From a virus, in IMG/VR virus record IMGVR_UViG_3300045988_109372, positions 1 through 37,407 of that record: a stretch of DNA of 37,407 nucleotides, one strand, 5' to 3'. The first letter of the stretch is position 1, and every line of letters begins with the position of its first letter. The notes beneath the pieces are model-generated. The model saw only the letters and a program-made list of their open reading frames with translations, had not been told where the DNA came from and ran no database searches. Made by a program: the position numbers and the translations under genes. Positions 8,796-16,903 of this stretch are shown in pieces.

Positions 8796-8939
8796 ATGAG
8801 AGAGATTTTGTTCAGAGGAAAAGCCATAAATCGTGATAAAGGGTATCGCAGAACAGAATATAAATACGGCGATTGGGTCTATGGATTATTAACTCGCCCT
8901 TATGATGAAATGTTTGAAAATTTACCCGCTGATTTGTAG
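8796..8939 (+). pseudogene. YopX-like N-terminal fragment (47 codons, then a stop)
   Basis: MREILFRGKAINRDKGYRRTEYKYGDWVYGLL resembles the characteristic YopX N-terminus (MREIKFRGK...WVYG). It stops after 47 codons. An overlapping alternative-frame ORF (8902..9039) ends in a zinc-ribbon-like YCPNCGAKMD. Confidence 0.4.
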
Positions 8940-9031
8940 ACGAACACATAAGTGTGTAAACAGAACACCTCCATATTGCCCTAACTGCGGGGCAAAGATG
9001 GATAAAAAAAGACGGACAAAGGAGAAAAAAT

Positions 9032-9682
9032 ATGATTGAAGAAGAGATCTTGAACAAATGTAAGAAAAGGTTTGCTGCGCATAAAGCAACTTTGATACAG
9101 GACACTGACCGCTATTTAATTTTTGATTGGCGCAAAGCCGATGGAAGTATAAATTACTATGTAAACTATATTCTCGATAAGAAAAGAGGAAGCCTGATAA
9201 TAAGCGGCGACTTGGGAGATTGCATTGCAACATGGTATAACGCAGTTAGTCCCCGACAAATGAGAAGCTATCTCAAAGATATTTATTACTTCATAAGCAA
9301 ATTCCAGTGCTCGACCGATAAATATATCTACGATCCGGACAGTGCTTTTGAAGACATAAAATATCGGCTTAAAGACTACATGGAGTTAGAGCTCGAAGAA
9401 CTGCTGAATGCCTGCAGAAAGCATTTATGGTATTCAGTTGAAACAGAAGAGGAACTTTGGGACGCTGTAAAATCGGATATAGATGAGAATTGGTTTTCGG
9501 ATACCAAACTGCATTATTCGACAGATATGACAAACTTCTTGCAAGAACTGGATTCGGAGTATTATGAGTGGCTTTATGACTGCGGAAGCAGTATAAATAT
9601 GCGTGTGTATCTATGGGCGGTCGGCTATGAAATGGCTTATACACAGCTGGAATGTGAAAAAAAGGACAAGGAGACACAATGA
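9032..9682 (+). CDS. Hypothetical protein (216 aa)
   Basis: Long same-strand ORF. ATG follows AAGGAGAAAAAAT. No family was recognised. Confidence 0.6.
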   Translation: MIEEEILNKCKKRFAAHKATLIQDTDRYLIFDWRKADGSINYYVNYILDKKRGSLIISGDLGDCIATWYNAVSPRQMRSYLKDIYYFISKFQCSTDKYIYDPDSAFEDIKYRLKDYMELELEELLNACRKHLWYSVETEEELWDAVKSDIDENWFSDTKLHYSTDMTNFLQELDSEYYEWLYDCGSSINMRVYLWAVGYEMAYTQLECEKKDKETQ

Positions 9683-9870
9683 AAACAGTAACACTAATAC
9701 TACCCGATTATTATGATGAAGCGATAACGGTTACCGCTGTCGGTCAGCGGAAAATTGATAAAAATCGCACAGTGGTAAATATTCATACTGCAACAGAGCG
9801 TGTTGAAAACGGACAGATTATCGATTTGAAGGAAACCTTTATCGGCAAGGAGAATGCTAATGAACGCTAA
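9679..9870 (+). CDS. Hypothetical protein (63 aa)
   Basis: ATGA overlap with the upstream stop, preceded by AAGGAGA. Confidence 0.45.
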   Translation: MKTVTLILPDYYDEAITVTAVGQRKIDKNRTVVNIHTATERVENGQIIDLKETFIGKENANER

Positions 9871-10285
9871 AGAATACCTATCACGCTATCACTTTATCAA
9901 CATACGCATAAATCAAAAGATAGATCAGCAACGACAGCTTCGGGAGCTCGCTACCAACATATCGCCGTCATCGGGGGGTGGACACAGTAGCGGGGTATCA
10001 GACAAGGTTGGTATGGCTGTTGCAAAAATTGCAACACTGGAGCAGGAGATAAACACAGAGATAGATGAGCTTATCCGTGTTAAAGCAGAGATAGAGCATA
10101 CTATATCGGCAGTGACTGACGAGCGGATAAGGCTGATACTGATAGCACGGTACATAAACTGTAAGACATTTGAGTATATTGCCTGTGAGATGCATTACTC
10201 ATATAAGCAGATATGCCGACTTCACGGTAAAGCACTTCTGAGGGTGCAAGATGTCCTTGAATGTCCTATTGCATCTGTGGTATGA
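9860..10285 (+). CDS. Putative late-gene transcriptional activator (RinA/ArpU/sigma-70 region-4-like HTH)
   Basis: It is the last gene before the packaging module. The C-terminus RLILIARYINCKTFEYIACEMHYSYKQICRLHGKALLRV looks like a sigma region-4 HTH. The N-terminal AKEYLSRY..I pattern is typical of these activators. ATG 9860 lies 7 nt after AAGGAG. Confidence 0.55.
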   Translation: MNAKEYLSRYHFINIRINQKIDQQRQLRELATNISPSSGGGHSSGVSDKVGMAVAKIATLEQEINTEIDELIRVKAEIEHTISAVTDERIRLILIARYINCKTFEYIACEMHYSYKQICRLHGKALLRVQDVLECPIASVV

Positions 10286-10312
10286 TTACGATAGAAAAGA
10301 AGCGAAAGCGTA

Positions 10313-10353
10313 GTGACCGAGGAGCGGCTAATAAGCCGCCAGGTCACCTTTTC
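10313..10353 (+). terminator. Rho-independent terminator candidate after the early operon
   Basis: The outer stem GTGACC/GGTCAC encloses the inner stem GCGGCT-AATA-AGCCGC, followed by CTTTTC. Confidence 0.55.
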
Positions 10354-10451
10354 TGTCAATTATGCGTACAAGAGTATCCATTGGATCTCCTTTTTCTTAG
10401 TCAAGCCGTCCGTTCTTCTGATTCTTTCGTGCGGACGGTGACGAATACTTC

Positions 10452-10483
10452 AAGCACTCTGCAAAGGGTGCTTTTCTTATATC
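10452..10483 (+). terminator. Hairpin element D (member of a 6-copy hairpin family)
   Basis: aagcactc-tgcaaa-gggtgctt followed by ttcttatatc. It lies immediately upstream of the HNH gene. Confidence 0.5.
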
Positions 10484-10490
10484 ATAAATT

Positions 10491-10874
10491 ATGTTAAAAG
10501 CATGTTCAAGATGTGGCAAGATCCACAAGCCCGGAGAATGCACAGCCGGGCAAATAAAATACACACAGAAGATACGGGACAGCGAAGCCGATAAGTTTCG
10601 TAATCGCAAGATATGGCGCAGAAAAGCCGATGAAATACTCGAGCGTGACGGTCACTGCTGCAGGGTATGCCTGTCGGCAGGCGTTATCAACAGCACGGAC
10701 CTGTCTGTGCATCATATCGTACCGCTTAAGGTCGACTATGATCGCAGACTTGATAATGATAACCTGATAACGCTATGTCGCTATCATCACGAAGCGGCGG
10801 AACGTGGGCGTATCAGCAGGCGGAAACTGGCAACTATGACTTGTACCGTCGATTTTTCACACCACAACATATAG
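10491..10874 (+). CDS. HNH endonuclease (packaging-associated)
   Basis: CSRCGK..., CCRVC, HHIVPL...NDNLITLCRYHHEAAE is an HNH/zinc-finger signature. The position directly upstream of the small terminase is typical of cos-type HK97-like phages. Confidence 0.9.
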   Translation: MLKACSRCGKIHKPGECTAGQIKYTQKIRDSEADKFRNRKIWRRKADEILERDGHCCRVCLSAGVINSTDLSVHHIVPLKVDYDRRLDNDNLITLCRYHHEAAERGRISRRKLATMTCTVDFSHHNI

Positions 10875-11008
10875 TAGCACGATACTATACGCCACAATAT
10901 ATAGTGTACCCCCCTACCCTTGTGGTTTCTAAGGAGTTCCGGTCTGACATCTGACCGGCACCTCTTTACACGATATATTCCCGATATGACTTTGAGAGGA
11001 GTGAGTAT

Positions 11009-11575
11009 ATGCCCAGAGGAGCAAAAACAATAGAAAACTGTGCGGGACACAGGACAAAGAAAGAAAAAGAAGCCCGTGAGAAAGCTGAAGCGGCTATGCT
11101 CACAGGGCAGAGGTGCTTCGAGCGTGACTGTGTAAAGGCTGATTTGGTAGCGCACAAGGAGTACCTGCGGCTGACAAAACTGCTCAGCACGATACAGAAG
11201 AATGATGCGCTGTATGGTGCAAGCATCAACAGATATTGCGAGCTGTACAGCGAAGTAAACGCTGTCAAAGCGGACTCAGTAACACAGAGAGCAGTGCTGT
11301 CAAAGATTGAGATAGCTTTTAATAATTTATCGGATGAGGAAATAACAGGCGATGAGCTGATGAAGTTTACAAAACTGATGTCCGGAACTCTTGCCAAGAT
11401 AGCCGACCTTGATAAGATAATAATGCAAAAGCGAAAAATGATGAGCGACATTGAAAAGGAAAACGGCTGGACGGTACTTTCCGCTATCAGAGCAATACCG
11501 AAGCAGGCAGAAAATTCCGAAGATGACGTTTTAATGAAGATATTACAGGGAGGTGAGAGCAATGAAGTTGTTTGA
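11009..11575 (+). CDS. terS: Terminase small subunit (P27-family-like)
   Basis: The layout matches remembered P27-family TerS. It has a basic N-terminus (PRGAKT...GHRTKKEKEAREKAE), then A..EYLRL...L...NDALYGASINRYCELYSE, and a C-terminal EKENGWT..SAIRAIP. It sits between HNH and the portal gene. Confidence 0.65.
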   Translation: MPRGAKTIENCAGHRTKKEKEAREKAEAAMLTGQRCFERDCVKADLVAHKEYLRLTKLLSTIQKNDALYGASINRYCELYSEVNAVKADSVTQRAVLSKIEIAFNNLSDEEITGDELMKFTKLMSGTLAKIADLDKIIMQKRKMMSDIEKENGWTVLSAIRAIPKQAENSEDDVLMKILQGGESNEVV

Positions 11576-13142
11576 TAAGATATTCAGACGTGAAACTGAA
11601 GGCACGGATATTGAAGTCGCTTTCGGGCTAAAGCAGATAAGCAATATAACGAGAGAACAGGCACTTGAGATCCCTGCGGTTTCAGCGGCTGTTAATTTTA
11701 TAGCCGGCACAATAGCAAGCCTGCCGATAAGGCTGTATAACAGCAACGATGAAGATCAGACGGCGGCGGAAATCACAGAAGATAACCGCCTGTATCTGCT
11801 GAATGAAGAATCAGGCGATACGCTTAATCCGACAGAAATCAAGCGTGCGGTTATCCGTGATATGCTACTTGACGGAACGGGATATATGCACATAGAGCGG
11901 AGCGGAAACGAGGTGTCGGCTCTCAGATATGTCCGTGACAGCGCCGTAAGTGTGGAGAAAAATTCGGACGCTATCTATAAGACGCTCCGTATGCTCGTTG
12001 ACGGAAGAGTGTACAATCCGTGGGATTTCGTTATTCTCAGCCGTAACAGCGTTGACGGAGGAAAGGGAGTAAGCATACTCGCCGAAAATCCCACACTCTT
12101 GACATCAAGCTATATGCTGTTACAGCTCGAAAAGGCGATGAGCCGCAGAGGCGGTAACAAGAAGGGCTTTCTGCGCACTGAGCAAAGAGTAGACGATAAC
12201 GCATTACAAAAAATTCGTGAAGCGTGGAAAAAGCTGTACAGTAACAACGGTGACGGTATGATGATACTGCAGAACGGGCTCGACTTCAAGGAAAGCAGTT
12301 CCACCGCCGTTGAGATGCAGTTAAATCAGAACAAGGTGACAAATGCAGAGCAGATAGCAATGCTGTTTGGCTTATCTCCCGATGTGCTGTCGGGCAGAGC
12401 CGATGACAGAACGTATATCAACAGCATAAGAACAGCCGTACTGCCTGTTGTGTCTGCGTTTGAAATGGCACTCAACAGGGCGCTGCTGCTTGAGAAAGAA
12501 AAGCATAGTAAGTATTTTGTCATAGATACTTCTGAACTGCTCAAGGCTGATATTCTGACACGCTATCAGGCTTATCAGATAGGACTTGCGGCGAATTTCT
12601 TACAGCCTGACGAGATACGCTTCAAGGAAAACCTTGCGCCGCTCGGACTTGACTTTATCAAGCTCGGACTTAATGATGTGCTTTACGACCCTACGACAAA
12701 GCAGATATACACACCGAATACCGACAGTCACGCTAAAATTGATGATGCGGGCTTGCAAAGCGGCGATGAGGGTGGTATAATAACAGAAAAGCGTCAAAAG
12801 TCCGGTAAAGGCGGAGGCGGAAATCCATATCACGCCGCAGACGGTAAGTTTACGAATGGACCGGGCGGGAAAATTATATCCGTTACGGTCGACGATGACG
12901 GTACAGTGACTACGGTTTATAAAGCACAGGCTAAAACAAAATATGCACCGTCACCGCAGAGAAATCACAGCGGTATACAGGTAAAGCCAAAGACTTATGC
13001 AAAGCTGTGCGGAGAGTTTAATACGAAGTATCCGGGAAGCAGAAAAGGATTTCAAGGTACGGTTTTTAAAGGAAAATATCAGTACTTGGCAACTTCAGAC
13101 GGAGAAGGCGGAGTGATTATAAACCGTAAAATTAAATTGTGA
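11562..13142 (+). CDS. Portal protein (HK97 family) with a C-terminal extension of about 120 aa
   Basis: Its size, position and motifs (ALEIPAVSAAVNFIAGTIASLP, NPWDFVILS, MLFGLSPDVL) fit the Phage_portal family. ATG 11562 lies 8 nt after GGGAGG. After about residue 400 there is a Gly-rich linker and a basic tail containing NPYHAADGKFT. Confidence 0.85.
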   Translation: MKLFDKIFRRETEGTDIEVAFGLKQISNITREQALEIPAVSAAVNFIAGTIASLPIRLYNSNDEDQTAAEITEDNRLYLLNEESGDTLNPTEIKRAVIRDMLLDGTGYMHIERSGNEVSALRYVRDSAVSVEKNSDAIYKTLRMLVDGRVYNPWDFVILSRNSVDGGKGVSILAENPTLLTSSYMLLQLEKAMSRRGGNKKGFLRTEQRVDDNALQKIREAWKKLYSNNGDGMMILQNGLDFKESSSTAVEMQLNQNKVTNAEQIAMLFGLSPDVLSGRADDRTYINSIRTAVLPVVSAFEMALNRALLLEKEKHSKYFVIDTSELLKADILTRYQAYQIGLAANFLQPDEIRFKENLAPLGLDFIKLGLNDVLYDPTTKQIYTPNTDSHAKIDDAGLQSGDEGGIITEKRQKSGKGGGGNPYHAADGKFTNGPGGKIISVTVDDDGTVTTVYKAQAKTKYAPSPQRNHSGIQVKPKTYAKLCGEFNTKYPGSRKGFQGTVFKGKYQYLATSDGEGGVIINRKIKL

Positions 13143-13157
13143 TAGGAGAATTTGAGT

Positions 13158-13454
13158 ATGACAAAACGACAATTTGAAAAGTATAATACGGCATATCAAA
13201 GTCTTTTAAAACAGCGGTATATAGAAAAAATACCTGAAAACAATGACACCAATGACAACTATGATCTGTTTAGTAAATTTCTGTTTGTCTTAGTTGCTCC
13301 CGAACAATATGAAGTAGAGCCTTTAATGCTGGAATATGTGAATAATCACGAAGACGCAACTGTGGAAGAATTGCTGTCTTACTTTGACAATATCGCTCCT
13401 CCCGGCTTACCTCCCTGCGCTTCTGAATGGGAAGATGACGAGGACGAAGAATGA
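13158..13454 (+). CDS. Hypothetical acidic protein (98 aa)
   Basis: ATG 13158 lies 7 nt after TAGGAGAA. The tail EWEDDEDEE is strongly acidic. It is inserted between the portal and protease genes and looks A+T-rich by eye. Confidence 0.5.
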   Translation: MTKRQFEKYNTAYQSLLKQRYIEKIPENNDTNDNYDLFSKFLFVLVAPEQYEVEPLMLEYVNNHEDATVEELLSYFDNIAPPGLPPCASEWEDDEDEE

Positions 13455-13467
13455 AATTGAATATGAC

Positions 13468-13499
13468 GACCGCTCTTTAATGGCGGTTTTCTTATACCC
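13468..13499 (+). terminator. Hairpin element F (hairpin family)
   Basis: accgc-tctttaatg-gcggt followed by tttcttataccc, directly after the stop of 13158..13454. Confidence 0.45.
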
Positions 13500-13500
13500 G

Positions 13501-13518
13501 TGTGCAATCGATTGCACA
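13501..13518. promoter_or_regulatory. Perfect 18-bp palindrome TGTGCAATCGATTGCACA
   Basis: The sequence is self-complementary. It lies between hairpin elements F and A, upstream of the lipoprotein gene. Confidence 0.4.
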
Positions 13519-13532
13519 AAACTTAATAATTT

Positions 13533-13564
13533 TACCGTTCCGAAAGGAGCGGTATTTTTATACC
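13533..13564 (+). terminator. Hairpin element A (GAAA tetraloop, hairpin family)
   Basis: taccgttcc-gaaa-ggagcggta followed by tttttatacc. Confidence 0.55.
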
Positions 13565-13591
13565 TAAAATACGAAAGTGAGGATTTTTAAC

Positions 13592-13990
13592 ATGAACAAA
13601 ATTAAGAAAGTCATTGTCGCCGCAGTTGGTGTTGTACTGTCAGCAGTTCTTCTATGTGGTTGTACCGAAGCGAGTAGAGTAACATACAATGTGCAGAAAG
13701 AAGCTGATAATTTTAATGTCACAAGGCGGCTGTCGGTTATAAACGCAAGAAGCGACAAACCTGTGCTTGAGCTTATCGGTAATTTTTCTATCTCAAACAA
13801 CGAGGAAAATGAGCTGGTTGTAACGATAGAGGTAGCTCCGAACGTGTACAAGGTTGATTATGTTTATCTTAACGACTGGACTATGTACACAGTAGAAGAC
13901 GTAAGCGGCGCATACGTTGACAAGTATCATTATGAAATGAATTTCTTGCCCGAAATGATTATACCGATTACTTTTACAAATAAAGACTGA
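13592..13990 (+). CDS. Predicted lipoprotein (132 aa) inserted in the head module
   Basis: MNKIKKVIVAAVGVVLSAVLLCGC has a basic n-region, a hydrophobic core and an L-C-G-C lipobox. ATG lies 8 nt after GTGAGGA. Hairpin elements A and B bracket the gene. Confidence 0.7.
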   Translation: MNKIKKVIVAAVGVVLSAVLLCGCTEASRVTYNVQKEADNFNVTRRLSVINARSDKPVLELIGNFSISNNEENELVVTIEVAPNVYKVDYVYLNDWTMYTVEDVSGAYVDKYHYEMNFLPEMIIPITFTNKD

Positions 13991-13996
13991 TAATTT

Positions 13997-14029
13997 TACC
14001 ACTCTGCAAAGAGCGGTATTTTTATACCC
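13997..14029 (+). terminator. Hairpin element B (GCAA tetraloop, hairpin family)
   Basis: taccactct-gcaa-agagcggta followed by tttttataccc, directly after the lipoprotein stop. Confidence 0.55.
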
Positions 14030-14053
14030 ACAACACAGAAAGGAGTGATAAAA

Positions 14054-14647
14054 ATGAAAATCGAAATCCGTTCCGCTGATCTTATGCACATCAGCGGATA
14101 TGTAAACGCTGTTGAGCGTGACAGCAAGCAGCTTCCTGCATCAATGGCGCCCGGCATGACAACGCCGTTTGTTGAGCGTATCGTAAGCGGTACGTTTGCG
14201 AAAAGTCTTAAAGATCATCCAAAGGTCGAGCTGAGATTCAATCACAGCAAGGTGCTTGACACTACAGACGGAACGCTTAAACTGCGTGAGGACAGCATAG
14301 GACTTCACGCAGAAGCCGACATCACTGACAGAGAAGTGATCGCAGAGGCGAGAGCAGGGCATCTAACAGGGTGGAGCTTCGGCTTTTCGGGAGCGCAGGC
14401 ACACATTGAGCCGTGTGACGAGGGTGTACAGCGCAGAATGATAACAGGGCTGACACTGCACGAGGTGTCAATCCTCAACCGCAATCCTGCATACATCGCC
14501 ACGTCAATAGAAACGAGGGGCGAAGAAACGACCGTGACGGAACAGCGCAGTGCCGGAAACGATACGGTCGAGGTAACAGACGAAATCCGGGAGTTTATCC
14601 CCGATTACAACAAGGAAATAGAAATCTTACAGCTTATGTCGGAATAA
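14054..14647 (+). CDS. Prohead serine protease (HK97 family, S78/U35)
   Basis: ISGYVNAVERDS..., RFNHSKVLD..., LREDSIGLHAEADI..., GHLTGWSFGF match the remembered Caudovirus prohead protease consensus. The gene sits between the portal and capsid genes. Confidence 0.85.
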   Translation: MKIEIRSADLMHISGYVNAVERDSKQLPASMAPGMTTPFVERIVSGTFAKSLKDHPKVELRFNHSKVLDTTDGTLKLREDSIGLHAEADITDREVIAEARAGHLTGWSFGFSGAQAHIEPCDEGVQRRMITGLTLHEVSILNRNPAYIATSIETRGEETTVTEQRSAGNDTVEVTDEIREFIPDYNKEIEILQLMSE

Positions 14648-14668
14648 TCCGGCGGAAAGGAAAACAGC

Positions 14669-15820
14669 ATGAATTTAAAAGCACTCATCGAAAAGAGAAA
14701 CGCTCTTATCGCCGATATGAAGTCACTCTGCGGTAAGGCTACAGCAGAAACAAGGGCGATGACAGCAGAGGAGCAGACAGACTATGACGCTAAGAAGGCG
14801 GAAGTCGAAGCGCTGAATAAGACAATCCGCTCAATCGAGGAGCAGAACGCTCTTAATCTGAACTCTGCAAAGTCAGACGGCACAGCAACCGACAAGAAGC
14901 AGGCGGAAACAAGAGCCTTCGAAAACTATCTGCGCACAGGTCAGATAGTCGAAACAAGAGATGATGTCAATCTGACAAAGGGCGATAACGGCGCAGTCAT
15001 CCCTGCGACTATCGCAAACAAGATAATCCGTAAGGTTATCGACATCTGCCCTATCTATCAGATGGCAACAAGATACACGCTCGGCGGCACTCTCTCGATC
15101 CCCTATTATGACGAAGAAACGCAGGCTATCTCAATGGCGTATGCCACAGAGTTTACGGACCTTGCAAGCACATCGGGCAAGTTCCTCAGCATCGAGCTTA
15201 AGGGCTATCTTGCAGGTGCGCTCTCTAAGGTTTCAAGAAGCCTTATCAACAATTCGCGGTTTGACATCGTTTCTTACGTTATAAACGAGGTTTCGATTGC
15301 GGCGGCAAAGTGGATCGAAAACCAGCTTATCAACGGCACAGCAAGTAAGATAGACGGTCTTGCCGCAGGCGTTACACAGGTGGTAACAACTGCATCGGCA
15401 ACAGCTATCACGGCAGATGAGCTTATCGACCTGCAGGAAACGATCCCCGACGTATATCAGGATAACGCCTGCTGGATCATGAACAAGGCTACAAGAACCG
15501 CTATAAGAAAGCTCAAGGACAACGAGGGCAGATATATTCTCAATCCCGATGCAACGGCAAAGTGGGGCTATACGCTTTTCGGCAAGCCCGTATACACAAC
15601 CGACAGCGTATCGGCTATTGCTTCCGAAAAGACAGCTATCTACTACGGCGATATGAGTGGTCTTGCAGTTAAGACCTCCGAAGATGTGTCTATCCAGATA
15701 CTCAACGAAAAGTACGCAACACAGCACGCTGTCGGCGTTATCGCATGGGTGGAGATTGACGCAAAGGTTGAGAATGCTCAGAAGATTGCCGCCCTTAAAA
15801 TGAAGAAAGCAGGAGGCTAA
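14669..15820 (+). CDS. Major capsid protein (HK97 family) with an N-terminal delta/scaffold-like coiled coil
   Basis: 383 aa, following the protease. The N-terminal part (about 100 aa) is a charged coiled coil (KALIEKRNALIADMK...EEQ). The body has typical HK97-fold family motifs. Confidence 0.9.
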   Translation: MNLKALIEKRNALIADMKSLCGKATAETRAMTAEEQTDYDAKKAEVEALNKTIRSIEEQNALNLNSAKSDGTATDKKQAETRAFENYLRTGQIVETRDDVNLTKGDNGAVIPATIANKIIRKVIDICPIYQMATRYTLGGTLSIPYYDEETQAISMAYATEFTDLASTSGKFLSIELKGYLAGALSKVSRSLINNSRFDIVSYVINEVSIAAAKWIENQLINGTASKIDGLAAGVTQVVTTASATAITADELIDLQETIPDVYQDNACWIMNKATRTAIRKLKDNEGRYILNPDATAKWGYTLFGKPVYTTDSVSAIASEKTAIYYGDMSGLAVKTSEDVSIQILNEKYATQHAVGVIAWVEIDAKVENAQKIAALKMKKAGG

Positions 15821-15826
15821 TAACCT

Positions 15827-16000
15827 ATGACAGTAAAGGCAACGACCAACTTTTCAGGCACCGTCAGTATGGCAAAGGGCGAGGAGCGTGAGCTCCCTGC
15901 CGGTCCTGTGCTGAACGACCTGCTCTCCTGCGGGTACATAGTGCCTGTAGACAAGGAGGAGAAAAGTGAAGCTAAGCGAGGTAACAAGCGCAAAGATTAA
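15827..16000 (+). CDS. Small hypothetical protein after the capsid gene (57 aa)
   Basis: ATG 15827. The translation is MTVKATTNFSGTVSMAKGEERELPAGPVLNDLLSCGYIVPVDKEEK.... It is below the ORF-track cut-off and overlaps the next gene by 35 nt. Confidence 0.4.
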   Translation: MTVKATTNFSGTVSMAKGEERELPAGPVLNDLLSCGYIVPVDKEEKSEAKRGNKRKD

Positions 16001-16271
16001 GGCGTTTTGCGGTGTCAGCGATGACGAAGACGGAATGCTTGAAATCTGCGCCGGAGCGGCGAAATCCTATATCAAGGGATACACGGGCCTTGACGATGCT
16101 CAGATAGACGAATACGAAGATATCACGGTGGCTTACTTAGTGCTGATAAATGATATGTATTCCTCCCGTGACTTCTCGTCCGACAGAGCGTCGCAGAACC
16201 CCGTGACCGCTCAGATACTCGCTCTGCACAGCATAAATCTGCTGAACGGAGTGAATGAGAATGACATTTAA
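15966..16271 (+). CDS. Head-tail connector (gp6-like, Phage_connect_1-type)
   Basis: IKAFCGVSDDEDGMLEICAGAAKSYIKGYTGL matches the gp6-like pattern (hLRv....D..l...i.aA..yi..ytg). GTG start after AAGGAGGAG. Confidence 0.6.
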   Translation: MKLSEVTSAKIKAFCGVSDDEDGMLEICAGAAKSYIKGYTGLDDAQIDEYEDITVAYLVLINDMYSSRDFSSDRASQNPVTAQILALHSINLLNGVNENDI

Positions 16272-16554
16272 CAGAAAAATCACGCTCATATCCTCCGAGC
16301 AGAAAAACGGCTCGCAGGGCAAAGCGGACAGGGCGGTAAAGACCGTATACGCAAAGGTTTCCGAACCTGGCGTAACGGCAAAATATGCCGCCGAAACAGC
16401 AGGGTACAAGTCGGAACTTACGGTGTATATGTGGAGACGTGAATACAGCGGTCAGTCTGTCGTACAGATTGACGGCAGGCGGTATCACGTCGAAACAACC
16501 GGAGCGGCTGACAGTGACCTGCATATAAAGCTGATACTGGCGAGAGGAGGCTGA
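16261..16554 (+). CDS. Head-closure / head-tail adaptor protein (SPP1 gp16-like)
   Basis: FNRKITLIS...KTVYAKV.....E......G......TVYMWRRE....SVVQIDGRRYHV fits the remembered head-closure consensus, and the position fits. Confidence 0.6.
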   Translation: MTFNRKITLISSEQKNGSQGKADRAVKTVYAKVSEPGVTAKYAAETAGYKSELTVYMWRREYSGQSVVQIDGRRYHVETTGAADSDLHIKLILARGG

Positions 16555-16556
16555 CA

Positions 16557-16901
16557 ATGATAACAGAAAAGATTGATTCGGCACTCTCGGCGGTATTTGA
16601 GCATTTTTACAGCTATATGCCCGAATTTGAGGACGGCGAAGAACCGGAGAAGTATGCGGTGTACAATTTATCGTACAGGGATACGTTCTTCAGCTCCGGC
16701 AGGGCAAATATACGGCAGTATTCCTTGTCTGTGAGCGTATTTTCGCCACAGGCAGACATTGAGCTGTATGACAAAACGCAGACGGCGATAGAGAATGCAG
16801 GCGGTATATTTACCGGCACTACCGATCTGTCGCAGTTTGATGTTTATCCCAACAGAAAAATTTTAGTCATGGAGTTTACGCTCTATGAGGAAAGGACATA
16901 A
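16557..16901 (+). CDS. Putative tail-completion / tail-terminator protein
   Basis: Called only from size (114 aa) and position immediately upstream of the major tail gene. Confidence 0.4.
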   Translation: MITEKIDSALSAVFEHFYSYMPEFEDGEEPEKYAVYNLSYRDTFFSSGRANIRQYSLSVSVFSPQADIELYDKTQTAIENAGGIFTGTTDLSQFDVYPNRKILVMEFTLYEERT

Positions 16902-16903
16902 CT

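Noticed and set aside
10261-10497. 78-aa + strand ORF in the gap between the late activator and HNH
   Set aside because: It runs through two hairpin/terminator structures, has no RBS and overlaps the end of the upstream gene. The region is better explained as regulatory/intergenic.
10939-10958. Hairpin CCGGTC-8 nt-GACCGG between HNH and TerS as the cos site
   Set aside because: The location is plausible for cos in HNH-associated packaging systems. However, a short hairpin alone is not evidence, and the termini cannot be inferred from sequence.
10966-11562. 198-aa ORF on the minus strand, opposite the small terminase gene
   Set aside because: It lies entirely antisense to a well-supported + strand gene within a uniformly + strand late operon. 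It has a low-complexity Ser/Phe/Ile-rich translation, no RBS and no recognisable motif. It is a typical shadow ORF.
15233-16584. Minus-strand ORFs 15233..15727 and 16123..16584 (164 and 153 aa)
   Set aside because: Both are antisense to the major capsid and head-tail connector genes. Their Cys/Arg-rich composition is typical of reverse-frame translation of coding DNA.
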